DNA of 64,000 nt. It comes from an uncultured Chloroflexia bacterium. Lineage in GTDB: Bacteria; Chloroflexota; Dehalococcoidia; SM23-28-2. Location of the stretch: positions 2,263,709 through 2,327,708 of the forward strand of contig OY969584.1 in the NCBI GenBank assembly GCA_963701285.1, given 5' to 3'. The notes beneath the pieces were generated by a model. It was given only the letters and a program-made list of their open reading frames with translations. It made no database searches and was not told the DNA's origin. This document shows positions 1-8,433 of this stretch, in pieces; position 1 is the first letter of the stretch, and every line of letters starts with the position of its first letter. The position numbers and the translations under genes were made by a program.

Positions 1-148
1 CCACGACGAGGTTGGCTATCTGGTCATCGATGGGCGTCCCCATGAAGATGATCCGCTCCTTCAGAAGAAGGGAGTAGATGTCGAAGGCGCGCTCGCCGCG
101 CGGGCTGGTCTCGATGACGTACGGGATGATCACGCTCGGCTTCTCCAT
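1..148 (-). CDS. clpP: ATP-dependent Clp protease proteolytic subunit ClpP, N-terminal part (gene continues off the window)
   Basis: Reverse-strand translation from ATG at 148 gives [49 protein letters not shown], a canonical ClpP N-terminus. It lies immediately downstream of tig, the conserved tig-clpP order. Confidence 0.85.
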   Translation of the reverse strand, partial: MEKPSVIIPYVIETSPRGERAFDIYSLLLKERIIFMGTPIDDQIANLVV

Positions 149-153
149 ACAGT

Positions 154-1494
154 TCACTCCTTGTTCGATTCCTCCTCGCCCACAGGCGAGGGCATTTCTC
201 CTGACGCGATGGCTACCAGACGGTCCAGAGTCTTGCGGCCGAAGAGCGAATGCTCCAGGGCCTCACGGCCCTTCCGGCTGGAGAAGATGCGCCGCACCTC
301 CTCCGCCCGCCGGCCCGCCGACGCGACCAGGCGCTCGATTTCGGCGTCGATGTCTTCCTTGCTGACGGTGATGCCCTCCATCTCCGCCACCTTAGTCGCC
401 ACCAGCGATCGCTGCACTCGTTGGGCCGCCTCCCAGCGCAGCTCCTGCCGTAGCTCCTCCTCCGACTTCCGCATGTCGCGCAGGTACGCTTCCACATCGG
501 CGGCGCCGCTGGCGCTGGCCCGGTCATGCAGTAGGTGGTCTATCTCATGCTCCACCAACTGCGGGGGGAAGTCCATGGTGGCGGCGGCCACCATGGCATC
601 CACCACCTTCTCTCGATAGTCGGCATCGGCGTCGTGTTCCGCCTCCTCGCGCAGGTCGGCGGCCAGTCGCTCGCGCAGAGCAGCCAGGCTAGGGAAACCC
701 TCGCCCACCTCCCGCGTGAAGGCGTCCGTGAGCTCGGGCAGGCGCTCCTCCTTGACCTCCTTCACCAGCACGCTGCACTGGCAGGCCTTCCCGGCCAGAC
801 TGCGCTGCGGATAGTCGCTGGGGACGTCCAGGGTGAACTCCCACCGCCGACCCTTCTCGCTGCCAACCAGCGCCTCCGCGAAGCCCGGCACGACGATGGC
901 CACGCCCGGCCGCAGGCGCAGCTCGGCGTCCTCATCGCGGATGATCTGGCGCCCATCGACGCTGATCTGGACATCGGCCCGCACCAGGTCGCCCATCTGT
1001 ACCGGCCGCTCCACCGGTTCCAGCAGGGCGTAGCGGTGGCGCAGCTCCTCGAGCCGTTGGTCCACCTGCTCCGGGCGCACCGTGGCTGGCTCCCGTTCGA
1101 CCCGCACGGCCCGGTAGTCGCCCAGATCGACGCTGGGCCGCACAGGCACGGTGGCCTTGAAGACCAGCGGCTCCTCCTGGACCACCTCGATGTCCGGCGG
1201 GCCGACAGCCGAGATGTCCTCCTGTTCCATCGCTTGCCGGAAAGCCTCGGGGATGACGATGTCCAGGGCCTCGCTCCGAATGGCGTCCTGGCCGAGGTAA
1301 CGCTCCAGCATCGCCCGTGGCGTCTTCCCTTTGCGGAAGCCGGGCACCCTCGTCCGCTGGGCAAGGCGGCGATACGCCCGTTCCAGCGACTTCTCCATAC
1401 GTTCGGGCTCGACTTCGATCTCCAGGACGACTTGGCTATCGGGGATGCGTTCAGTGGAAACTTTCACACCTACGGATGGCCTCCGGTATTTCAT
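154..1494 (-). CDS. tig: trigger factor (ribosome-associated chaperone / peptidyl-prolyl isomerase)
   Basis: 446-aa ORF with the trigger-factor N-terminal signature [14 protein letters not shown], a central FKBP-like region and a C-terminal arm. It precedes clpP. Confidence 0.9.
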   Translation of the reverse strand: MKYRRPSVGVKVSTERIPDSQVVLEIEVEPERMEKSLERAYRRLAQRTRVPGFRKGKTPRAMLERYLGQDAIRSEALDIVIPEAFRQAMEQEDISAVGPPDIEVVQEEPLVFKATVPVRPSVDLGDYRAVRVEREPATVRPEQVDQRLEELRHRYALLEPVERPVQMGDLVRADVQISVDGRQIIRDEDAELRLRPGVAIVVPGFAEALVGSEKGRRWEFTLDVPSDYPQRSLAGKACQCSVLVKEVKEERLPELTDAFTREVGEGFPSLAALRERLAADLREEAEHDADADYREKVVDAMVAAATMDFPPQLVEHEIDHLLHDRASASGAADVEAYLRDMRKSEEELRQELRWEAAQRVQRSLVATKVAEMEGITVSKEDIDAEIERLVASAGRRAEEVRRIFSSRKGREALEHSLFGRKTLDRLVAIASGEMPSPVGEEESNKE

Positions 1495-1659
1495 TATAGC
1501 ATGGCGCCCTTCTAGGATACCCCGGCGTCACGCATTCCCGCTGCCTCGCGCCGCGTCATTCTGAGGGAAGCGAAGAATCCGGGGCGGGGCACGATTACTT
1601 CGGTGCTATAGTCTCCCCCACAACGACCAGACCCTTCGCTGCGCTCAGGGTGACGGCGA

Positions 1660-2628
1660 TCATCGCCGGCGCGGGCTGAGGACGTCGGTCAGGGCGTCGC
1701 CCAGCAGGTTGAAGGCGAACAGCAGCAGCCCCACGACCGTAGCCGGCACCAGCAACAGGTTGGGGTGAGCCCGCAGGGTGCTCAGACCGCTGCCGTCAAA
1801 GATCATCGCCCCGAAGCTGGGGTGCGGCGGCTGCACGCCGATGCCCAGCCAGGTGAGGGCGATCTCGGTGCCGGCCACCGCGCCCAGGGAGAAGGTGATG
1901 CTCACGACGATGATGTTCATAACGTTGGGCAGCAGGTGCCGCCCCAGCACCCGCCACAGCGAGGCGCCCATGGCCCGCGCGGCCAGCACATACTCGCTCT
2001 CGCGCAGCGATAGCACCTGCGAGCGGATCAGCCGGGCGATGCCCACCCAGCCGATAAAGGCCAGCACTCCGAACACCAGGAAATAGTCGGGCCCGCCAGC
2101 GTGCTCGATGGCCCCCAGCACCGGCCAGTGGGCGACGTGGTCCGTGAACGCCTTGTCCACCCGGTCGCGAACAGTGGTGGCGATCAGCAGGAGGAGGAGG
2201 ATGTCTGGCAGGGCGAAAAAAACGTCGGCCACGCGCATGATCAGGTCGTCCACCTTGCCGCCAGCGTAGCCGGCCAGCAGGCCCAGACCCACCCCCAGCG
2301 CCAGCCCGCCGGTGAGAATAACCGCTGCGCTGATGACGACCGTGGTCTGCGCCGCCCAGATCACGCGGCTCAGCATGTCGCGGCCCAGGCCGTCCGTGCC
2401 CAGTGGGTGCGAAAGGCTGGGCCCAGCGTAGGTGTTGTCCAGGTTCTGGTCGTTGTAGCCGTAGGGGGCCACCCAGGGCGCCAGGATGCCCGCCAGGTAG
2501 ACGACGGCGATAATGCCCAGGCAGACCACCGCCAGCCGCTTGCGCAGCAGCCGGCGCAGGACGCCGGCACCGAAGCGCGGTTGCGCCTCGGCCAGAGGCT
2601 CCTGCAGCGCTAGGTCTGCTCCCGCCAC
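1660..2628 (-). CDS. ABC transporter permease, DppC/OppC family (peptide/nickel)
   Basis: 322-aa ORF with multiple transmembrane segments and an N-terminal extension typical of OppC/DppC. It is adjacent to a DppB-like permease and a family-5 substrate-binding protein. Confidence 0.85.
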   Translation of the reverse strand: MAGADLALQEPLAEAQPRFGAGVLRRLLRKRLAVVCLGIIAVVYLAGILAPWVAPYGYNDQNLDNTYAGPSLSHPLGTDGLGRDMLSRVIWAAQTTVVISAAVILTGGLALGVGLGLLAGYAGGKVDDLIMRVADVFFALPDILLLLLIATTVRDRVDKAFTDHVAHWPVLGAIEHAGGPDYFLVFGVLAFIGWVGIARLIRSQVLSLRESEYVLAARAMGASLWRVLGRHLLPNVMNIIVVSITFSLGAVAGTEIALTWLGIGVQPPHPSFGAMIFDGSGLSTLRAHPNLLLVPATVVGLLLFAFNLLGDALTDVLSPRRR

Positions 2629-3609
2629 CTAGCCGCCGCCTCTCGCCCCCAGGCGCACACGCGGGTCGATGAACCCGTAAGCGATGTCCGTCGCCAGGTT
2701 CACCAGAATGAAGGCGGTGGCTGTGATGAGGGTCACCGCCATGATGACGTCGTAGTCCTGGTGGCCCACCGCGCTCCAGACGAACTGGCCGATGCCCGGG
2801 ATGCCGAACAAGGTCTCGACGAACAACGAGCCCCCCAGCAGGCCCACCAACGCGAACCCAACGATAGTTGTCATCGGCAGCAGAGCGTTGCGGGCTATGT
2901 GCCGGCTCACCACCACGAACTCTCGCAGCCCCTTGGCCCGCGCCGTCCGCACGAAGTCCTGGTCCAGCACCTCCAGCGTCTGCGCCCGCATGAAGCGGGC
3001 GACCCCGGCGACGCCCGGCAGTGAGAGCACCAGCACGGGCATAATGATGCGCTTGTCGAAGATGCCCAGCTTCAGGCCCAGGATGTCGCGTTCCACCCAG
3101 CCGCTGCTGGGCAGCCAGCCCAGCTTGATCGCGAAGATGTAGGAAAGGATGGGTATGGTCACCAAGACCGGCAACGAACTGAATAGCAGGAAGAAGCCGA
3201 TAATGAACGGGTCCTGCCAGCTGCCCTGGCGCAGCGCCGCCCAGATGCCGGCCGGCAGGCCGATGGCGAAGATGATGACGAGAGCCAGCAGGTTGTACTG
3301 GACCGTGACCCACATCTTCTTGAAGATGACGTCCTCCACCGCCACCCCCAGATACGTTGTGCTGGTGCCCAGCTCTCCGTGCAGGGCGTCCCACATGTAG
3401 CGGCCGTACTGAACGAAGAAGGGGTCGTCCAGCCCGCGCTGCTCACGGATGCGTTCCACGACCACCGGATCGTGGTACTGCCCCTGGAGGGTCGCGATGG
3501 GGTCGCCGGGGCCGAATCGACCCAGGGCAAAGGTGGCCAGCGAGACGGCCACCAGGACGAAGGGCGCCCAGAGGAGGCGCCGCACTATGTAGGGGAGGAT
3601 GCCCTGCAT
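2629..3609 (-). CDS. ABC transporter permease, DppB/OppB family
   Basis: 326-aa membrane protein whose N-terminus MQGILPYIVRRLLWAPFVLV is the typical DppB start. It is abutted end-to-start with the DppC-like gene. Confidence 0.85.
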   Translation of the reverse strand: MQGILPYIVRRLLWAPFVLVAVSLATFALGRFGPGDPIATLQGQYHDPVVVERIREQRGLDDPFFVQYGRYMWDALHGELGTSTTYLGVAVEDVIFKKMWVTVQYNLLALVIIFAIGLPAGIWAALRQGSWQDPFIIGFFLLFSSLPVLVTIPILSYIFAIKLGWLPSSGWVERDILGLKLGIFDKRIIMPVLVLSLPGVAGVARFMRAQTLEVLDQDFVRTARAKGLREFVVVSRHIARNALLPMTTIVGFALVGLLGGSLFVETLFGIPGIGQFVWSAVGHQDYDVIMAVTLITATAFILVNLATDIAYGFIDPRVRLGARGGG

Positions 3610-3633
3610 CGCTCTGTTGCCCTCCCCCGGTAT

Positions 3634-5307
3634 CTACTTCTCGATGTGCACGTAGCGCAGTCGGGGGATCACGAAGGGCGGCAACAGGTAGTCCTTGACG
3701 TAGGGCTTGATGAGGACATTCAGCTCGTCGTGGAAGAGCGGGATCCAGGGCACATCGTTGACGATGATCTGCTCGGCCTGCTGGTAGAGCGCCAGCCGCC
3801 TGGCCGAATCCTGTTCCGAATCCGCCTGCTCCAGCAGTTGGTCCACCTCCGGATTGCTGTACTTGGACTCGTTGTCCTTGCTGGCGCCGTAGAGCTTGAC
3901 CTTCAGGAAGTTCTCCGGGTCCATGTAGTCGGCCACCCAGCCCACTTCGAACATCTGGAACTTGCCGTCGCGCATGTCCTGGAAGAAGGTAGAGGGCTCC
4001 GCCTGGTCTACCGCCACATCGATGCCCAGATTCTGTTTCCACATGCCCAACAGGGCCTCGCTTACCGGGCCCACGCTCGCCCCCCGGCCCGACGACGCGA
4101 TTTGCACGGGCGGGAGGTTCCCGGCGTACTTGGACTCACTCAGCAACTGCTTGGCCTTGACCGGGTCGAAGGTCAGGCCCTGAAGGTTCTCGTTGTAGCC
4201 GGGCATCCCTGGCGGCAGGATGCCGTTCGCCTCGATCACGGCGCCCTTCAGCACCGTCTCGATAAGCTTGTCCTTGTCGACGGCGAGGGCGAAGGCCTGC
4301 CGCACCTTCACGTCGTCGAACGGGGGCTTCTCCACATTGAAGCCAATGTACCAGATGTCCATCCGCGGCTCGCTGTGGAACTCCTTGTTCAGGGGCTCAT
4401 TGGGGTCGCGCACCCGCTCGATGTCGTCCAGACCCACGCCCGTGACGTCGACCTCATTGTTCTCATACATGGTGATGCCCGAGCCGCCGGCCAGGGTATA
4501 CTCGGCCCGCGCCAGCAGCGGCGCCCCAAGGTGATAGCTGGTGTTGGCCTCCAGGACGATGCGCTGCCCCAGGCTCCACTCCTTCAGTTTGAAGGGGCCG
4601 GTCGCGTTGGGGTGCTGCTGCCAGTTGGTCTTGCTGAAACAAGACGTGCCTTCCGTCTGGTTATGGTCCACCACGAAGGCGGTGGGATAGGTCAGCTTGG
4701 CCAAAAAGTAGGCCTTGGGGGCGTCGATGGTGATGGTCAGCTTGTAGGGGTCATTTGGGTCGAGTTGGATTCCGCTCACGCCGCCCTGTCCGGTCGCGGC
4801 GAACTCCTTGGCCCCGACGATGTCCCCCAGGTACGTTTCGGCGATGGGCGACTGGGTGCTGGGGTTCAGCGCCCGCTCCAGTGAGTACTTGACATCCTCG
4901 GCGGTTACCTGGCGGTCCTGCTTGTGGAAGAGCACGCCCCGCCGCAGGTGGAAGGTGTAGGTCGTCTCGTCAGGGCTGATCTCCCAGCTCTCGGCGATAT
5001 CGGGCACGACCTTCAGGTCGCGGTCGGTAGTCACCAGTCCGCCGAAGATCTCGACGATGTAGGCTCCGGAATCGACGTCACTGGCACAGGCGGGGTCCAG
5101 AGTGATGGGGTCGTTGCCGAGGAGGCGCAGCGTGCCGCTGGCGCCTGTCGAGGTGGGAGTCCCGGTGGTCTGGACCACGGGCGTCTGCGTGCCTGAGGGG
5201 CCTACTTCGCTGTCCCCGCCACCACCCGCCACCAGCGCCGCGACCACACCGACCGCCACCGCCGTCGTGGCGGCCAGCCCCCCCAGCACCAGCCAGAGCG
5301 CCCTCAT
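3634..5307 (-). CDS. ABC transporter substrate-binding protein, family 5 (peptide/nickel)
   Basis: 557-aa ORF with an N-terminal signal/transmembrane segment and a Thr/Pro-rich linker. Its length and motifs fit OppA/DppA-like solute-binding proteins. Confidence 0.8.
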   Translation of the reverse strand: MRALWLVLGGLAATTAVAVGVVAALVAGGGGDSEVGPSGTQTPVVQTTGTPTSTGASGTLRLLGNDPITLDPACASDVDSGAYIVEIFGGLVTTDRDLKVVPDIAESWEISPDETTYTFHLRRGVLFHKQDRQVTAEDVKYSLERALNPSTQSPIAETYLGDIVGAKEFAATGQGGVSGIQLDPNDPYKLTITIDAPKAYFLAKLTYPTAFVVDHNQTEGTSCFSKTNWQQHPNATGPFKLKEWSLGQRIVLEANTSYHLGAPLLARAEYTLAGGSGITMYENNEVDVTGVGLDDIERVRDPNEPLNKEFHSEPRMDIWYIGFNVEKPPFDDVKVRQAFALAVDKDKLIETVLKGAVIEANGILPPGMPGYNENLQGLTFDPVKAKQLLSESKYAGNLPPVQIASSGRGASVGPVSEALLGMWKQNLGIDVAVDQAEPSTFFQDMRDGKFQMFEVGWVADYMDPENFLKVKLYGASKDNESKYSNPEVDQLLEQADSEQDSARRLALYQQAEQIIVNDVPWIPLFHDELNVLIKPYVKDYLLPPFVIPRLRYVHIEK

Positions 5308-5442
5308 CTCAGCCCAGCATCCCTCCGCAGTTGTAGCTGCAGGGCTTCAACCCTGCCCGCCCACCCGCTCATGGTGAGCCGTCGAGACATTGAGTCTATG
5401 ATACCCATCGGCCGGACGGCGTTCAAGGCGTCGGCGTCCGCT

Positions 5443-5508
5443 TCGCTCATGGTGAGCTTGTCGAACCATGAGGCCCCCGCCCACCCTTCGACAAGCTCAG
5501 GATGAGCG
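5443..5508. repeat. composite inverted-repeat intergenic element, copy 1 (unit approx TTCGACAAGCTCAsnATGAGCG, two inverted units)
   Basis: gctcatggtgagcttgtcgaaccatgag ... ccttcgacaagctcaggatgagcg. The same family recurs at 14863, 23401, 50995 and 52381. Confidence 0.8.
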
Positions 5509-5516
5509 TCCACGGG

Positions 5517-7373
5517 CTAGGCCTTGGCGCCGCCTTCGTCCAGGTCCAGCTTCAGGTGCAGCTCCCGGAGCTGCGCCTCGGAGACGGCCGACGGAGCCCC
5601 GAACATGGGGTCGGAGGCCGTCTTCGTCTTCGGGAAGGCGATCACCTCGCGAATGTCCCGCTCGCCGGCCAGGATCATCACTATCCGGTCGAGGCCCCAG
5701 GCTATGCCGCCGTGAGGCGGCGCGCCATACTCGAACGCCTCCAGCATGTGCCCGAATCGCTCCTGTGCCTCCTGGGGCGGGATGCGCAACAGGCCGAACA
5801 TCTTCTCCTGCACGTCGCGGCGGTGGATCCTGATGCTGCCGCCGGCGATCTCCCAGCCGTTGCAGACGATGTCATAGGCGCGGGCGCGCACGCGGCCGGG
5901 GTCGCTGTCCATCAGGGGCAGGTCCTCGTCCCTGGGCGAGGTGAAGGGGTGGTGAACCGCATCCCAGCGCTCCTCCCGCTCGTTCCACTCCACCAGAGGG
6001 AAGTCGGTGACCAGACCGAAGGCGAGCAGACCCTCGTCCGCCAGCTTGAGCTGGCGCGCCAGCTCCCGGCGCAGGGCGTCCAGCGCCTGACAGGCCCGGT
6101 ACTCTTCGTCCGCCACGAGGATCAGGAGGTCGCCACGCCGGGCGCCGGCCCGCTGGGCCATCGCCCGCACCTCCGCCACCGTCAGGTGGCGGTGCATAGG
6201 CGAGTGGAACTCCTCCTCCGTCAACGCCTCGATGGGCCCTTCGCCCAGCAGGCCGATGGAGATGAGTCCCTTCCCACCGACGCCCTCCACGAAGCGGGTC
6301 AGGTCGTCCACCTGGCGGCGGCTGAAGGCCGCGCCGCCGGCGGCGCAGATGGCGCGCACGACGCCGCCCCCGGCCAGCGTCTCGCGGAACACCGCGAACT
6401 CGGAGTCGCGCAGCAGGTCGGAAAAGTCGGCCAGTTCCATCCCGTAGCGCAGATCCGGCTTATCGGAGCCGAAGCGGCGCATCGCCTCGTCGTAGGTGAA
6501 GCGCGGGAAGGGTTTGGTGACGCGCAGGTCCGGCCGCACGTTTTCCGCCAGCGCCGAGAGCAGCCCCTCCATCAGATTCAGCATGTCCTCTTCGTTGATG
6601 AAGCTGATCTCCACGTCTAGCTGGGTGAACTCCGGCTGGCGGTCGGCCCGCAGGTCCTCGTCGCGGAAGCAACGGGCGATCTGGAAGTATCGCTCGAAGC
6701 CGGCCACCATCAGGAGCTGCTTGAGCTGCTGCGGCGACTGCGGCAGGGCGTAGAAGCAGCCGGGGTTGACGCGACTGGGCACCAGGTAGTCCCGGGCCCC
6801 CTCCGGCGTGCTCTTGATGAGAATGGGCGTCTCCACCTCGATGAACCCGTTGTCGCCCAGGAAATCGCGGATGAACTTCACCACCCGGGCTCGGAACCAC
6901 ATGTTCCGGTGCATGCGCTCGCGGCGCAGGTCGAGGTAGCGATAGCGTAGGCGCAGGAGGTCCTCCACCTCCGACTCCTCGTTGATGTAGAACGGGGGCG
7001 TCTTAGCGGGGTTGAGGATGGTAGCGCCGGCCGCCTGCACCTCCACCTCGCCGGTCGGCAGCGCGCGGTTCTCAGTGCCCGGCCGGCGGCGCGCCACCTT
7101 GCCTTTCACCTGCATTACGTACTCGGCCCGCACCTGGTCGGCGGTCGCGTAGGCCTCCTGGGCCTGCTTGGGGTTGAACACCACCTGGACGATGCCGTCG
7201 TTGTCGCGCAGGTCGACGAAAATGAGGGCGCCGTGGTCGCGGCGGCGGTGCACCCAACCCGCCAGGCTCACCTCCTCGCCCTCGTGGTCGGCGCGCAGCT
7301 CGCCGCAGCTGTGGGTCTTGTATGACGTCCTCATGGTCAAGCAGAGTTTCGCACGGGGTCTGGCGTGAGTCAA
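5517..7373 (-). CDS. aspS: aspartate--tRNA ligase (true start may be the internal ATG at 7334, MRTSYKTHSCGELR)
   Basis: 618-aa ORF with a class IIb aaRS anticodon-binding OB fold and catalytic motifs (FRDE, GGGIAWGLDR). Confidence 0.9.
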   Translation of the reverse strand: MTHARPRAKLCLTMRTSYKTHSCGELRADHEGEEVSLAGWVHRRRDHGALIFVDLRDNDGIVQVVFNPKQAQEAYATADQVRAEYVMQVKGKVARRRPGTENRALPTGEVEVQAAGATILNPAKTPPFYINEESEVEDLLRLRYRYLDLRRERMHRNMWFRARVVKFIRDFLGDNGFIEVETPILIKSTPEGARDYLVPSRVNPGCFYALPQSPQQLKQLLMVAGFERYFQIARCFRDEDLRADRQPEFTQLDVEISFINEEDMLNLMEGLLSALAENVRPDLRVTKPFPRFTYDEAMRRFGSDKPDLRYGMELADFSDLLRDSEFAVFRETLAGGGVVRAICAAGGAAFSRRQVDDLTRFVEGVGGKGLISIGLLGEGPIEALTEEEFHSPMHRHLTVAEVRAMAQRAGARRGDLLILVADEEYRACQALDALRRELARQLKLADEGLLAFGLVTDFPLVEWNEREERWDAVHHPFTSPRDEDLPLMDSDPGRVRARAYDIVCNGWEIAGGSIRIHRRDVQEKMFGLLRIPPQEAQERFGHMLEAFEYGAPPHGGIAWGLDRIVMILAGERDIREVIAFPKTKTASDPMFGAPSAVSEAQLRELHLKLDLDEGGAKA

Positions 7374-7569
7374 CGAGTGCGGCGTTCGGGTGGGCGGAAC
7401 CGGGCCGAATGTAGCGAAGGCCTTCAGGCTTCCATGCGAGACATGGAAGGCTGAAGCCTCGCGCTAGGCCCGACACAACGACCGGTGCCGGAAGATCTGC
7501 CTCCGCAAGTCCTCGTATAATGGGGATGGGTCAGGGTCACCGGTGAGGACGATCTGCGGTATTCTTTGA

Positions 7570-8298
7570 ATGGAGACCAATGCTGAGATGCAACACTACA
7601 CGTACGACGACTTGTCCACGAAGCTACTCGACGCTCTGCCTGAACTGAAGGAACGCGTCGACTCGCTCTTCCGCGAGTGGGGCCAACATCGACCCGGCCA
7701 ACATGTTGTCTATGGAGACCTGCTCACCCCGTACATCACGGCTCTGCTCGAGTCCGCTGGACCGGACGAGACGCTGCAACGCATCTTCGCCTTTCTTGAG
7801 GAGCTATCCAAGCATCCCGAGGAACGGGTGCAGGAGGTCGTCAGCGTGACCCTGTGCGAGTACCTCGTCGGTCATGGGTTTCTCACGAAGGCCTGGCCAT
7901 ACATGGGCGAAAGCACCCGCCGTATGGTGCTCGAGATTGTGATGTGGCAGCCCCAACCTGGAACCGGCGATAGATACACCAACGCGGATCGAGCGCAGTA
8001 CGATCAGAGCTGGCGAAAGCAAGTGGAGGAGCTAGGGGGCCCGGACAGGGTCTCCGTGGCAGACGTGTACCGGATCCGCCAGAAGCTCACTGAGAAGTTC
8101 CGACTCCGGCGTCCCGCCCGCAATGATCCTGATCCCTATCGGGGAGCAGACGATGCGCGGTACAGGGAGCGGTTTAGGGAGGAGCTGGAGAAGCTGGGTG
8201 GTCCACTGCAGGTCGACTCACTTGATGTGGCCAGGATCCGTGATAATCTCTTCCAGGAATTTGGCTTACCGCGGTTCGATCGCCCGGAGCGCACCTAA
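7570..8298 (+). CDS. hypothetical protein with an internal roughly 50-aa tandem repeat (alternative start 7588)
   Basis: 242-aa ORF with GC lower than its flanks. The C-terminal half contains two similar segments of pattern ELGGP..V...DV.RIR..L...F.L. No recognisable family. Confidence 0.5.
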   Translation: METNAEMQHYTYDDLSTKLLDALPELKERVDSLFREWGQHRPGQHVVYGDLLTPYITALLESAGPDETLQRIFAFLEELSKHPEERVQEVVSVTLCEYLVGHGFLTKAWPYMGESTRRMVLEIVMWQPQPGTGDRYTNADRAQYDQSWRKQVEELGGPDRVSVADVYRIRQKLTEKFRLRRPARNDPDPYRGADDARYRERFREELEKLGGPLQVDSLDVARIRDNLFQEFGLPRFDRPERT

Positions 8299-8356
8299 GC
8301 CCCAAGGACGCGTCCTTCCCCCACGCCTACGCGGGCAACAACCCGAAAACAGAGGT

Positions 8357-8396
8357 GGGCCCGTCGTGACTATGTCCGCATCGTGATGACGGGCCC
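8357..8396. terminator. bidirectional hairpin terminator between convergent genes
   Basis: GGGCCCGTC-(22-nt loop)-GACGGGCCC, a perfect 9-bp GC stem between the 7570 gene (+) and the anti-sigma gene (-). Confidence 0.5.
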
Positions 8397-8433
8397 CTGA
8401 ACGGTCCTCGCTCTCAAATCACACTTGGTGCAG

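Noticed and set aside
1535-1600. Sequence gtcattctgagggaagcgaagaatc in the tig upstream region, which resembles repeat-derived motifs seen in other high-GC genomes.
   Set aside because: It is a single copy in this window and unrelated in sequence to the 5-copy family. It could not be supported as a repeat from the window alone.
1796-3394. Long antisense or alternative-frame ORFs throughout the window, for example 1796-3394 (532 aa), 535-1515, 5502-6620, 15667-16935, 17530-18444, 23470-24837, 36339-37604, 45596-46951, 48157-50037 and 60386-61633.
   Set aside because: They overlap well-supported conserved genes on the other strand or frame. Their Arg/Gly/Pro/Ala-rich low-complexity composition is the usual artefact of 68-70% GC DNA, where stop codons are rare. 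No conserved motifs were seen.
5304-5513. Small ORFs at 5304-5513, 14783-15010, 50909-51187 and 52132-52464, and the 5' parts of 5468-5833 and 50930-52372, with recurring peptide motifs (PELVEGW, FDKLRMSG, LRQAQDER).
   Set aside because: These are translations of the inverted-repeat intergenic element family, so the similarity is at the DNA-repeat level and they are not protein genes.
7374-7520. T-box riboswitch upstream of aspS.
   Set aside because: A hairpin is present, but the conserved T-box sequence and specifier-loop architecture were not found on the transcribed strand.
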